Assembly: GCA_022562935.1 (NCBI GenBank)
Contig: JADFOI010000002.1
Location: 10,527 to 74,526, forward strand
From: Acidobacteriota bacterium
GTDB taxonomy: Bacteria > Acidobacteriota > UBA6911 > RPQK01 > JADFOI01
Direction: 5' to 3'
DNA length: 64,000 nt
This document shows, in pieces, positions 43,340 to 52,502 of this stretch. A program made the translations under genes and the position numbers. Below the pieces are notes generated by a model that saw only the letters and a program-made list of their open reading frames with translations, ran no database searches and was not told the DNA's origin. Every line of letters begins with the position of its first letter. The stretch's first letter is position 1.

Positions 43340-44698
43340 ATGAAAAAGTCATTTGTTGCAATGACGGTTTTGCTGTTCAGCGCGGTTCTCTGCTTCGGCC
43401 AGCTGGTTGCCCAGAGTTCAGATCTGGAAGCTCCTCGAGCACCCAAACGGGTGCGAGTCACGAAATTGGAGCAGGTTTTACCCAATGCCCGAATCCTGGT
43501 TCGTCGCCCCTGGAGTTGGTTAGTGGGCGCCCAGTACGGACTAGGTCTCAAGGAAGGGGAAAAGCTCCTGATCGTGGCCAGTCGCATCGAGCCTCTTGTG
43601 GCTCAGGCCATTGCGGTGGCGGCCCAGGAAATGGGGGTCACGACCGATGTGGTGGCCAGGGATGTAGCCAGCCTGTTGAATCGAATGGGCCGTAACGAGT
43701 TGGATTACGAGCATTTTGATCCCACCAACTATTTGGGACTTCGTGGGCTGATTTCCCGAGTGGTGCCCAGTTGGCTTGCCACCATGATTGAAGATTACGA
43801 CGTAGTTCTCGGTTTTCAGGCCCGGGGAACCCACTATGGCAAGGTCGGAAGAAATTTGAACATTCGTTCCTCCAGCATCGATTGGTCCAGGGCCGAAGTA
43901 TTGGCCTCGGCAGCCGTCAGCTACCCCGATGAACTGTTGGAACTGATCGCAGTAAAGACCTGGCAAAAGTACATTTACGGCAAGACGATACACGTGACTG
44001 ACCCTCTGGGCACTGATTTTACCTTTAGCCTGGATGACACCAATCGTGAGCGCTTCAAGGAGACTCGGGGCATGGCCACTTATGGCGAGCTTTCCCTGGA
44101 TCGGCCCATTGCCCATGAAGTCCATCCGGACACCGAGCCCTATCTGACTGCCGAACCGGATGCGCGAGGGATTATGGTAACCCGGCAAGCGGGCTTGATT
44201 CCCACCATCAGGTTGTATGTGGAAGGTGGGCAGGTGGTCCGCGTTGAAGGAGGTGGAGTTGCAGGCGAGAACATCAAAACAGCTCTGGAGCGTTTCAAGA
44301 ACATTCAATTTCCCGGCTACTATCCTGGGCCCGGTATCGGATGGATGGAGGAGATTGCCCTGGGAACCAATCCCAAGGTGGGTCCCGCCGGTCCCATACG
44401 AAGGCGCTCGGGTATGCTTCATATGGCCTTTGGGACGGATCGCTACAACCGGGTCTCCGATGAGATTCCCACCCTTCCGTCCAACCACCGGGATATGAAT
44501 TTCTTTTACTACCCTACCTTTGAGGTGGATGGCGTAAAGCTGGTGGATCGAGGGCATCTGACGGTGCTGGATGATCCGGAAGTCCGAAGAGTTGCGGCCA
44601 AGTATGGCAATCCGGACGAATTGTTACGGGAGGATTGGATTCCTGAATTCGACGAACGGTCGGGTCAGATCATTTACCCTCCCTATGAGAACGACTAA
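43340..44698 (+). CDS. M29 (aminopeptidase T)/NicX-fold metalloenzyme homologue with signal peptide
   Basis: The start is at ATG 43340, after GGGGAGGTGA, giving MKKSFVAMTVLLFSAVLCFGQLVAQ. Ligand-type motifs are WMEEIALGTNP, MLHMAFGTD and SNHRDMNF (H-x-D). The C-terminus RGHLTVLDDPEVRRVAAKYGNPDELLREDWIPEFDE is paralogous to the upstream gene's ...GHLTVLDDAEVQALAAQLGSVEDLLEEEWIPAIGE. Confidence 0.6.
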   Translation: MKKSFVAMTVLLFSAVLCFGQLVAQSSDLEAPRAPKRVRVTKLEQVLPNARILVRRPWSWLVGAQYGLGLKEGEKLLIVASRIEPLVAQAIAVAAQEMGVTTDVVARDVASLLNRMGRNELDYEHFDPTNYLGLRGLISRVVPSWLATMIEDYDVVLGFQARGTHYGKVGRNLNIRSSSIDWSRAEVLASAAVSYPDELLELIAVKTWQKYIYGKTIHVTDPLGTDFTFSLDDTNRERFKETRGMATYGELSLDRPIAHEVHPDTEPYLTAEPDARGIMVTRQAGLIPTIRLYVEGGQVVRVEGGGVAGENIKTALERFKNIQFPGYYPGPGIGWMEEIALGTNPKVGPAGPIRRRSGMLHMAFGTDRYNRVSDEIPTLPSNHRDMNFFYYPTFEVDGVKLVDRGHLTVLDDPEVRRVAAKYGNPDELLREDWIPEFDERSGQIIYPPYEND

Positions 44699-44713
44699 CG
44701 AGCGAGGTTCAAC

Positions 44714-45466
44714 ATGGCAAGAATTTGGGATGCCTTTCTGACGGAAAGGGATAAAAAGGTTTTCGGAGCAGCCGGATATGGACGCGAGGCTGAGCTCAAG
44801 GGAAGGCCTGCCCTCCTCGTTATCGACGTCAACTTTGGATTCGTAGGTGACCGTCCTGAAGAAATCCTGGATTCGATTCTTAAGTTTCCCAATAGCTGCG
44901 GTGCGGAAGGCTGGCAGGCCATGGAGCGGCTTGTCCCGGTTCTTGAGGCGGCGCGTGGAAAAGGTCTGCCCATTTTCTACACCACAGGTGATCAAGAGCA
45001 TCCGTTTCTGGATCGACACTCCTGGGGCGTGAAGAACAAGCGAGTGGACCAGTGGCGGAAAACTTCGGAAGACACCCATCTTCAATCCAATGATATTCCC
45101 GACTTGATCGCCCCCAAGCCCGGGGAAGTGTGCATCACCAAGAAGAAGCCCAGTGCCTTTTTCGGCACACCTCTTTCCCAGTACCTGATCACGTTGGGTG
45201 TCGATCAACTGCTCTGTTGCGGCACCACAACCAGCGGTTGTGTTCGAGGCACCGTGATTGATGCCTTCTCTTTCGGATATCGCGTGGCCGTGATCGAAGA
45301 CTGTACCTTCGATCGAGGTCAGGCTTCTCATGCCATCAACCTCTTTGACATGGATCAGAAGTATTGCAACGTGATGTCCTCCCAACGAATCATCGAGTAC
45401 GTCGAGGGTTTATCCGCAGACCTCTTCCCAGACTGGGCTGAGGCTGTAGTCTCCTGTGTCGGGTAA
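44714..45466 (+). CDS. Isochorismatase-family cysteine hydrolase (amidase-like)
   Basis: 250 aa with GRPALLVIDVNFGF (Asp), ...KKKPSAFFGT (Lys) and LLCCGTTTSGCVRGTVIDA (nucleophile Cys). Confidence 0.8.
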   Translation: MARIWDAFLTERDKKVFGAAGYGREAELKGRPALLVIDVNFGFVGDRPEEILDSILKFPNSCGAEGWQAMERLVPVLEAARGKGLPIFYTTGDQEHPFLDRHSWGVKNKRVDQWRKTSEDTHLQSNDIPDLIAPKPGEVCITKKKPSAFFGTPLSQYLITLGVDQLLCCGTTTSGCVRGTVIDAFSFGYRVAVIEDCTFDRGQASHAINLFDMDQKYCNVMSSQRIIEYVEGLSADLFPDWAEAVVSCVG

Positions 45467-45516
45467 AAGAAAAATGTCCACACAGGTTTCATCGCTTATT
45501 GAGGAAGCGAGGCGCT

Positions 45517-47034
45517 ATGCCTGAAACAAAGTACGACGTGGCCATTGTGGGTGCCGGTTTTTCGGGTCCCATTATGGCTGCCAAAATAGCTGAAAAAGGA
45601 GTCAATCCACGAAACGGTGAGCGACTGAAGGTTGCACTGATTGAGGCTGGACCTTACTTTAAGGGAGCCCCTCGACCCGGCTATGGCTCTCCTTTGCGGC
45701 GTCAGATGTTCACCAATCTGGAGGATGGTTACGCTGGGACCTACCTCTGGAACAATGACCGGAGCCTGGCCAAAATCGTGGGTGGAAGCTCGCTCCACTG
45801 GGGCGCCCAGGCTTTCCTGCCCTTTCCAGCCGATTATCTCCATTGGCAGCGGGAGACGGGTCTGGACTGGACCGAAGACAACCTGCGCAGCGCGGTGGCT
45901 GAAATCCGCCGAGAATTCAACATCCACAAATATCCGGACGAAATCGACACGCGAGGCAACCAGCTTTTTTACGATGTGGCCAAGAAGATGGGGCATGATC
46001 CGAAGCGGCAGGAGGGAGCCCGCCGGAACTGTATCTATTGTGGTTTTTGCAATAGCCCCATGATGTGTAAATACGATTCGCGCGCCAGCACCATGGTGAC
46101 TTATATTCCGGTGGCCGAGAAGAACGGAGTGGATATCATTCCCGACACCTATGTGGAAAAGATCTGGATTGAAGCCCAAGGAGAACGGGGGATTGCCCGC
46201 TCGCTGCATTGCATAACAGGCGGTTCTCGCTACGAAATTGAGGCCGATAAAATTATCGTCACAGGCGGCTATATGGGTTCCCCACTGCTGCTCCTGCGCT
46301 CCGGCTATGGGCCCCGGGAATGGAGGGGAAATCCCATCATCGTGGAAAATCCCAACGTTGGAAAGCACATCGATGGGCATCCTCGTGCGGGGGGAGGTGT
46401 CAGCGCACTCTTTGACGAGCCGATGGGAGATGGAGAGTTTGGAAATATCGGGGGATATTTCATGATTCACGATGATCGGGCGGATGGGGAAGGGAGGCTC
46501 CTTTTCCGGGCAGGCTTTGGGAGCTCCCGCTTGCCCTCTCAGTCGGCCCTGAATGCATTTGCGCCGCTTTATGGGCGCGAACACAAGAAGTTCATGCGCG
46601 AGAAGGGAGTCTTGCGCACCGGATCCCTTTCTCCCAGTGTGAGTAAGCCCTCGGGACGCTGGACTATCGATCCGGATGGAAAACTCCTCTATGGGGGCGA
46701 CCACAGCCTGACCCTCAGGCGGATTAAAGAGGGAGCCCAGATGGCCCGTGAAGTTCTGGAGCAGATGGGAGCCAGTCAGATCAGGTCAGCTCCGATTCCA
46801 TCGAACCTCTCACCGAGAACGGGGGGTTCCCACAGAGTGGGCTCCTGCCGGGCGGGAGTCGATCCCAAGACTTCTGTGGTCAACCCCTATTTCGAGTCCC
46901 ACGATGTGGATAATCTGTTCGTCTGTGACGGAAGCGCCATCCCTCGAGTGACCACGGGCAATACCGGAACGCCCCAGGCGTCGATAACCGTCTTTGCGGC
47001 CAGTCGTATCATCGAGCGTCACTTTAAGAGGTAG
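45517..47034 (+). CDS. GMC-family FAD oxidoreductase (large subunit)
   Basis: The start is at MPETKYDVAIVGAGFSGPIMA (GxGxxG) after GAGGAAG. The C-terminal GMC motif reads GSHRVGSCRAG...NLFVCDGSAIPRVTTGNTGTP. It has no signal peptide of its own. Confidence 0.8.
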   Translation: MPETKYDVAIVGAGFSGPIMAAKIAEKGVNPRNGERLKVALIEAGPYFKGAPRPGYGSPLRRQMFTNLEDGYAGTYLWNNDRSLAKIVGGSSLHWGAQAFLPFPADYLHWQRETGLDWTEDNLRSAVAEIRREFNIHKYPDEIDTRGNQLFYDVAKKMGHDPKRQEGARRNCIYCGFCNSPMMCKYDSRASTMVTYIPVAEKNGVDIIPDTYVEKIWIEAQGERGIARSLHCITGGSRYEIEADKIIVTGGYMGSPLLLLRSGYGPREWRGNPIIVENPNVGKHIDGHPRAGGGVSALFDEPMGDGEFGNIGGYFMIHDDRADGEGRLLFRAGFGSSRLPSQSALNAFAPLYGREHKKFMREKGVLRTGSLSPSVSKPSGRWTIDPDGKLLYGGDHSLTLRRIKEGAQMAREVLEQMGASQIRSAPIPSNLSPRTGGSHRVGSCRAGVDPKTSVVNPYFESHDVDNLFVCDGSAIPRVTTGNTGTPQASITVFAASRIIERHFKR

Positions 47035-47054
47035 GACCCAGGAAAGGTAAAGTT

Positions 47055-47684
47055 ATGTCCAAGAAAAAGGTATCGAGGAGAGATTTTCTCAGGAAGACGG
47101 GTTCGGGGGCCACGGGAACGGCTGTGGTTCTGGCCAGCATACAGACTTCCCAGGCTGCTCCGGCCGCCCTGGGTATGGATCCGGCGGTTGTAGTGGCTGC
47201 CCTGGGCGATGTGCTGATTCCTTCCGATCCGGGGGATCCTGGATATAAGACACTGGAACCCTACAACATTACGGCTGAGGTGATGAGGGATTTGCCAGTG
47301 AGTGATGAAGAACTGGTGCTCTTGAACAGCCAGGCCGGAGAGTTGTTCTCGGGGAAAACCTTTCTGCAGCTCAAGGAAAGGGAGCGAGAGAGCTATTTTG
47401 ATTCGGTTTTCGCGGGTGATAGAGGAGAGAACCTTCGGCGGATCTTAGGAAGAATCCGACAGAGAGTGTTCCGAGTGTTTTACAAGAATTACCCCGAGCA
47501 CGCCTTGCCGCGAGATCGTCAGGGAGTGCCCATTCTTCCTCCGGGAGACACCCACCAGATCACCAATCCGAATACGAAGGGCTTGGCAACGGGATGGGAT
47601 GTGAGTGGTTTCATGGGGCCCCTGACCTGGGAGGAAGAGCAGCGTCGGCGATCCATTGTTGAAAAAATAGATTGGATCGAATAA
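47055..47684 (+). CDS. Gluconate 2-dehydrogenase subunit-3-type small subunit with twin-arginine signal
   Basis: 209 aa with MSKKKVSRRDFLRKTGSGATGTAVVLAS (Tat motif SRRxFLK). It follows a GMC flavoprotein gene, as in membrane-bound sugar dehydrogenases. Confidence 0.7.
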   Translation: MSKKKVSRRDFLRKTGSGATGTAVVLASIQTSQAAPAALGMDPAVVVAALGDVLIPSDPGDPGYKTLEPYNITAEVMRDLPVSDEELVLLNSQAGELFSGKTFLQLKERERESYFDSVFAGDRGENLRRILGRIRQRVFRVFYKNYPEHALPRDRQGVPILPPGDTHQITNPNTKGLATGWDVSGFMGPLTWEEEQRRRSIVEKIDWIE

Positions 47685-47726
47685 TCTAAGTGGCACTAAG
47701 GGCACTAAAAACAGGAGAGGTCAACC

Positions 47727-48377
47727 ATGAAGAAGGACGTATCCAGAAGAGATTTCCTGAAAACCACAGGAATGGGGGCAGCGGCTATTCCCACGACTCT
47801 CATAGGGATCAGCACCCAGCAGGTCCAGGGGCAAGCAGCGACGACGGTGGATCGTTCGGCGGTCATTGCCGCGCTGGGGGATACCATCATTCCCAGCGAT
47901 CCTGGTGATCCAGGCTACCGGACCCTGGAGCCGTACAACATCACGGCCGAAGTGATGAAGGGACTCACCGGGCTCTCGGATGACAATCTGGCGGCCTTTA
48001 ACAACAGTGCCGCTTCTTTCTTTTCGGGCAAGACCTTTTTGGAGCTGAGCGAATCTCAGCGGGCCGATTACCTGAACCTGATCATCGACGGGAGCAAGAT
48101 CGCCGATCAGCAGCTGCGAGGGCAGCTGCAAAGCGTTTATCGTCTCACCCGGATTCGGGTGTTGGTCATTTACTATCAGAATTATCCGGAGCACCGGCTG
48201 CCGCGAGATGCCAACGACGTTCCCATCCTGCCGCCCGGAGATACTCACCAGATCACCAATCCCAACACCGACCGACTGGTGACGGGCTGGGATGTGGCTG
48301 GCTTTCGGGGCCCTCTGACCTGGGAAGAAGAGGAACGGCGCCGCGCCTACTACAAGAAGATCGATTGGGTGGAATAG
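47727..48377 (+). CDS. Second Tat-signal small subunit (tandem paralogue)
   Basis: 216 aa with MKKDVSRRDFLKTTGMGAAAIP. It shares long identical blocks with the previous gene (IPSDPGDPGY.TLEPYNITAEVM; NYPEH.LPRD...VPILPPGDTHQITNPNT; TGWDV.GF.GPLTWEEE). Confidence 0.7.
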   Translation: MKKDVSRRDFLKTTGMGAAAIPTTLIGISTQQVQGQAATTVDRSAVIAALGDTIIPSDPGDPGYRTLEPYNITAEVMKGLTGLSDDNLAAFNNSAASFFSGKTFLELSESQRADYLNLIIDGSKIADQQLRGQLQSVYRLTRIRVLVIYYQNYPEHRLPRDANDVPILPPGDTHQITNPNTDRLVTGWDVAGFRGPLTWEEEERRRAYYKKIDWVE

Positions 48378-48488
48378 CCGGCTGGCTGAGACTCCCTTGG
48401 CCTATGTTTGTTGCTTAGCACAGTCGGGCCCCCTATCACCCATCGATAAACAGAGACTTTCAGGGAGAACCTTACACCCACGGAGACC

Positions 48489-49982
48489 ATGAATATGTCT
48501 GAAAAGGTAACTGCTGTTTCTAAAACCGAGACCCCCTCTAAACCGACTAGTTGGGACTTACGCGGTTGGATGGCAAGAGTTGAGGAGTTAGGAGAGCTCA
48601 AGCACGTGAGCGGTGCCCATTGGGATGTGGAGCTGGGGGGCATTGCCGAGATCAACAATCGGCAGCGTGGTCCCTCTCTGCTTTTCGACGACATTGCCGA
48701 CTACCCCTCAGGCTATCGGGTGTTAACGGGCACAACAGGGAGCGCCACCCGCCTGGCAGCGACACTGGCGCTTCCCACTAATCTCAGTGATGCCCAGCTG
48801 GTGCAGCTGCTGCGCGGGAAGCCTCAGGAATGGGAGAATCAGTCCAGTGAATTTCCCCCGGAGTATGTGGATACCGGTCCCATTTTGGAGAACGTCAAAT
48901 CAGGCGATGAAATCAATCTCCTGGAATTTCCCGTTCCCAAGTGGCATGAATTGGACGGGGGGCGTTACATCGGGACCGGGAGTGTGGTGGTCACCAAGGA
49001 TCTGAACTCGGATTGGATCAATCTGGGTGCCTATCGCATGATGGTGCACGACGAGAAGACTTGTGCCCTGAACATGGTGGCGGGTAAGCATGGGCGTCAG
49101 CAGCTGGATCGCTACTTCAGCGAGGGCAAGCCCTTTCCCGTTGTGGTCTCCATCGGTCACCATCCCCTGCTCTTTCTTTTCGCTGGTCTGGAGGTCAGTT
49201 ACGGGATCAGCGAGTACAACTATGTCGGCGGTATCTTGGGCGAGCCGGTGCAGGTCATCAAGGGTGAGGTGACGGGCCTTCCCATGCCTGCCGCCTCGGA
49301 GTTGGTACTGGAGGGATGGTGCCAACCGGGTAATTTCAAGATGGAAGGTCCCCTGGGTGAGTTCCACGGGTATTATTCCGCCACTGAGAAGGGAGCACCG
49401 GTGCTGGAGGTGGAACGGGTGTACCACCGCAATAATCCCATTATATTAGGAACGCCTCCGGCTAAGCCGCCTCACGATTATTCTTATTCCAAAAGCGTGA
49501 TGCGATCGGCCATGCTCCATGAGGCGCTGGAGAAGGCAGGAGTTCCGGGCGTGGTCGGCTGCTGGGCGGATGAAGTGGGAGGAGCCCGTATGTTGCTGGT
49601 GGTTGCCATCAAGCAGGGCTATCAGGGTCATGCCCGCCAGGCTGGATTGATAGCCTCCCAGTGTCATGTCGGGGCCTATCTGGGACGCTATGTGATCGTG
49701 GTGGATGAGGATATCGACCCCTCCAATCTCGAGAACGTCATGTGGGCCGTGGTGACCCGCTCCGACCCGGTTCGGGATATTGAGTTCATCCACAGAGCCT
49801 GGGGTTCCAAAGGCGATCCTCAGAGGGTGACCTTTGAACAGAAGGTGCCCTATAACACCCGTGCCATTATCGACGCCTGCCGCGCCTATGAGTATCTGGA
49901 TGTCTTCCCACCTGTGGCCGAGGCAAGTCCCGAGCTCGAAAAAAAGCTCCGGAAGAAATGGAAGGACGTGCTGGGAAGTTAA
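48489..49982 (+). CDS. UbiD-family (prenyl-FMN-dependent) decarboxylase
   Basis: 497 aa with a typical UbiD layout (DLRGWMARVEELGELKHVSGAHWDVELGGIAE...LLFDDIADYP...GPLGEFHGYYS...). Confidence 0.8.
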   Translation: MNMSEKVTAVSKTETPSKPTSWDLRGWMARVEELGELKHVSGAHWDVELGGIAEINNRQRGPSLLFDDIADYPSGYRVLTGTTGSATRLAATLALPTNLSDAQLVQLLRGKPQEWENQSSEFPPEYVDTGPILENVKSGDEINLLEFPVPKWHELDGGRYIGTGSVVVTKDLNSDWINLGAYRMMVHDEKTCALNMVAGKHGRQQLDRYFSEGKPFPVVVSIGHHPLLFLFAGLEVSYGISEYNYVGGILGEPVQVIKGEVTGLPMPAASELVLEGWCQPGNFKMEGPLGEFHGYYSATEKGAPVLEVERVYHRNNPIILGTPPAKPPHDYSYSKSVMRSAMLHEALEKAGVPGVVGCWADEVGGARMLLVVAIKQGYQGHARQAGLIASQCHVGAYLGRYVIVVDEDIDPSNLENVMWAVVTRSDPVRDIEFIHRAWGSKGDPQRVTFEQKVPYNTRAIIDACRAYEYLDVFPPVAEASPELEKKLRKKWKDVLGS

Positions 49983-50098
49983 ACATTTCTGGGACAGGCC
50001 CAGAATTCTGGCGGAAACCCCTGAATTCAAAGGAGAATTCTTAGGGCTGGCACCGAACTCCCCAAAACCGCTTCACCACGATAGCCTATGAATCCGGG

Positions 50099-52255
50099 CT
50101 AAAAGTCAAAGACGTAGGTCAGCTTGGCGATGAAGGCTCTCTCGACTACTTCTCCGGTGGTACTGCGCCTCTCGTTGTAGACCAGGAAGAGATCGCTGAG
50201 AGGCTTGTAGATGAAATTGAAGCGGATGTTGCTGGAGATTTCCTTGAGAGTACTGTTGTACTGAATCAGAGCGTTCAGGAACATATAGGGGTTAAAGGAG
50301 TAGCGCCAGCGGGAGGTCACCAGATGGGTGGTGAAGTCCCCGGAAGGTAAACTGACGTCGTCGTAGTTCCATGAAATATCAGCTCCCAGCTGGTAGCTGG
50401 GCTGAAAGGTAAATTCCATCTCGTAGGAACTCTTCTCGCCGTCAAAGAAATCACCTGTACGAAGTGCGACCCTACCGCTGAACATGCGACTCCGGTTGGT
50501 GTTGAAGGCAGTGGAATACTCTGTGAATGGATAATCACCCGCCGGGATTTCTTGACCCTCCCGGATCTCAAAGGGTTTATCCAGACGCTCGAATCTCTCC
50601 CTGCGGGTAAACCAGACGTTGCTGGAGTCTTCAAATGAAACGGAGATATTTTGGTCAACCCGTCGAGTTTCCAGCACATTCTCCTGGTTGGTGATGTACT
50701 CAACGGAAGCAGAGGGTCGAAACTCGCGAATCCAGGGAATGGCCTCTCCCGGTCTGGGTCGCACCGTAAACTCTCCGGTGCTTTTTCGAATTCCCGTGCG
50801 TGGCGCAAACCCCACTTCAGGGTTGAAGTTGTCCTGGATACTCAGATACTCGGCTTTGATATCGAGGAGCCGATCGTTCCAATTCACGCTCACGTCTGCG
50901 GCCCCATCCTGCCCTTGCATTCCCGAGGTATCGGTTTTCAGCAGAAAGGAAGCAATATCCAGATATCTGAAGAAGTTCAAATTCGTATCCACTCCGTAGG
51001 TGCGATTAAACTCTTCGCTGCCGACCTGCTTGTTGACAAATATGGCACCGATGTCTGAATTGAGAAGAATATCCCGGCGCACACGAGCTACCGAGAAATT
51101 GGTGGAAGGAGTCTCTTCGAACCGATCCGTTTGCATGGAGAGAACGCCGAGGCGATAGCTGCCGGCTGTTCCGCTGAGACGAACGCCCCCCAGGATGGGC
51201 ACCAACTGGCCATCTTCGATGCCGATCCTGCGGCTGAAGAAAGGAATGATGTTCTGCGATTGGCGGAATCCTCGAACCCGCTTTCCAAACTGGAAGATAC
51301 TGGAGTTTTCCAGGAAAAACTCGCGTTTTTCGGGGAAGAAGAGGCTGAAGCGAGTCAAATTGATCTGCTGCTCGTCTGCTTCAACCTGAGCAAAGTCCGT
51401 GTTGACGGTCAAATCCAGGGTCAGTCCAGGCGTGAGTCCGTACTTGACGTCAAAACCCACCTCGGGCGTGAAATCAACAGCATCCCCTTCGCGACGCTCA
51501 ATGGGAGCCAAGAAGTAGGGCTTAATATAAAGATTGCGCCCTTGACGCATCCCCCTAATGCCTTCCAGCTCGCCCGCCAGTGAGATCCTGCTGATGCCGT
51601 AGGGACGTGGGATCGGGCTCCAGTAAGTGTCTTCATTCTTACGCCTGATTTTCCGGTAAAAATTCACTCCCCAAACCTGGCGCTCGTGGTCCCTGAAGCG
51701 CAGGGTCTTGAAGGGAATCGCCATTTCCGCTTGCCAGCCCTTCTCCGTGATTTTGGTTTTCACGTACCAAACCGCGTCCCAATCAAAGTTGGAGGTCTTC
51801 CCGTCTCCCCCCATCTGACCCTCTCTCAGGGCTCCTCCGGGATTGGTGCCAAAAATGAAAGCATTGCGATTATCGTCAAAAGTATCCAGCACCACTGAGA
51901 AGTGATCTCCCAGATTAGGGGCATAATCTCGTGTTATGTCGTTGACGATAAGCCCCTCTGGGCTCGAATCAAAACAATAAACCCCGATGTAGAGGTTCTC
52001 ATCGTCGTATAAAAGCCGTACTTCGGTGGGCTCTGTTGCCGGTTGGCCTTCTCTGGGTTCCTTCTGGGTGAAATCGGTGGCGGGTTGGGCAAGAGTCCAT
52101 TCCCTCTCGTCCAGGATTCCGTCAATCAGAATGGGTGAGCTGATATAAACGGCGGTGAGTGTTTTTTCCTCCGGGGCGCCCCGAATACCCTGGGTCCAAC
52201 AGCCAGCAAGGAGAGCCACTACCAGGAGACGTTTATGGATCAAGTCACTCATCAT
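50099..52255 (-). CDS. Outer-membrane beta-barrel protein with N-terminal CBM9-like domain (DUF5916-type)
   Basis: It contains IDGILDEREWTLAQPATDFTQKEPREGQPATEPTEVRLLYDDENLYIGVYCFD and a long beta-strand-rich C-terminal region ending ...AKLTYVFDF (terminal Phe). The start is taken at MMSDLIHKRLLVVALLAGC (52255). The ORF-track ATG 52303 lies inside repeat C. Confidence 0.65.
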   Translation of the reverse strand: MMSDLIHKRLLVVALLAGCWTQGIRGAPEEKTLTAVYISSPILIDGILDEREWTLAQPATDFTQKEPREGQPATEPTEVRLLYDDENLYIGVYCFDSSPEGLIVNDITRDYAPNLGDHFSVVLDTFDDNRNAFIFGTNPGGALREGQMGGDGKTSNFDWDAVWYVKTKITEKGWQAEMAIPFKTLRFRDHERQVWGVNFYRKIRRKNEDTYWSPIPRPYGISRISLAGELEGIRGMRQGRNLYIKPYFLAPIERREGDAVDFTPEVGFDVKYGLTPGLTLDLTVNTDFAQVEADEQQINLTRFSLFFPEKREFFLENSSIFQFGKRVRGFRQSQNIIPFFSRRIGIEDGQLVPILGGVRLSGTAGSYRLGVLSMQTDRFEETPSTNFSVARVRRDILLNSDIGAIFVNKQVGSEEFNRTYGVDTNLNFFRYLDIASFLLKTDTSGMQGQDGAADVSVNWNDRLLDIKAEYLSIQDNFNPEVGFAPRTGIRKSTGEFTVRPRPGEAIPWIREFRPSASVEYITNQENVLETRRVDQNISVSFEDSSNVWFTRRERFERLDKPFEIREGQEIPAGDYPFTEYSTAFNTNRSRMFSGRVALRTGDFFDGEKSSYEMEFTFQPSYQLGADISWNYDDVSLPSGDFTTHLVTSRWRYSFNPYMFLNALIQYNSTLKEISSNIRFNFIYKPLSDLFLVYNERRSTTGEVVERAFIAKLTYVFDF

Positions 52256-52296
52256 GGAGTCCGGAGTATAGCGAAGCTTTCTGACTGGGTCTTCAG

Positions 52297-52502
52297 CCCG
52301 CATTTCTCACACCCTTTCTACTGCATCGGCGAAATGATCCGGCGTGCTGCACCGACCGCGTTTCGCGACCCGCAAGCGGGTGCCCCCGGTCTCCTCAGCG
52401 TACCCTACAGTACGCTTGCGGGGGCCTCCGTCGCGCGTGGCGCAACGCACTCAGGTCAGCCCTTCCGCCGGCTTCGTGACGAATAGGTGTGAGAAGTGCG
52501 GG
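52297..52502. repeat. Inverted-repeat-bounded intergenic repeat, copy C (206 bp)
   Basis: The terminal inverted repeat CCCGCATTTCTCACACC (52297..52313) matches the reverse complement of 52486..52502 (CCCGCACTTCTCACACC) at 16/17 positions. TCTACTGCATCGGCGAAATGATCCGGCGTGCTGCACCGAC aligns with the reverse complement of copy B, including a 20-nt identical run. A 26-nt block is identical to copy A. The right end abuts the oppF TAG stop. Confidence 0.75.

Noticed and set aside
45496-46704. 402-aa minus-strand ORF
   Set aside because: It is antisense to the GMC oxidoreductase gene, which has a clear FAD-binding GxGxxG and C-terminal GMC motif. The antisense product has no motifs.
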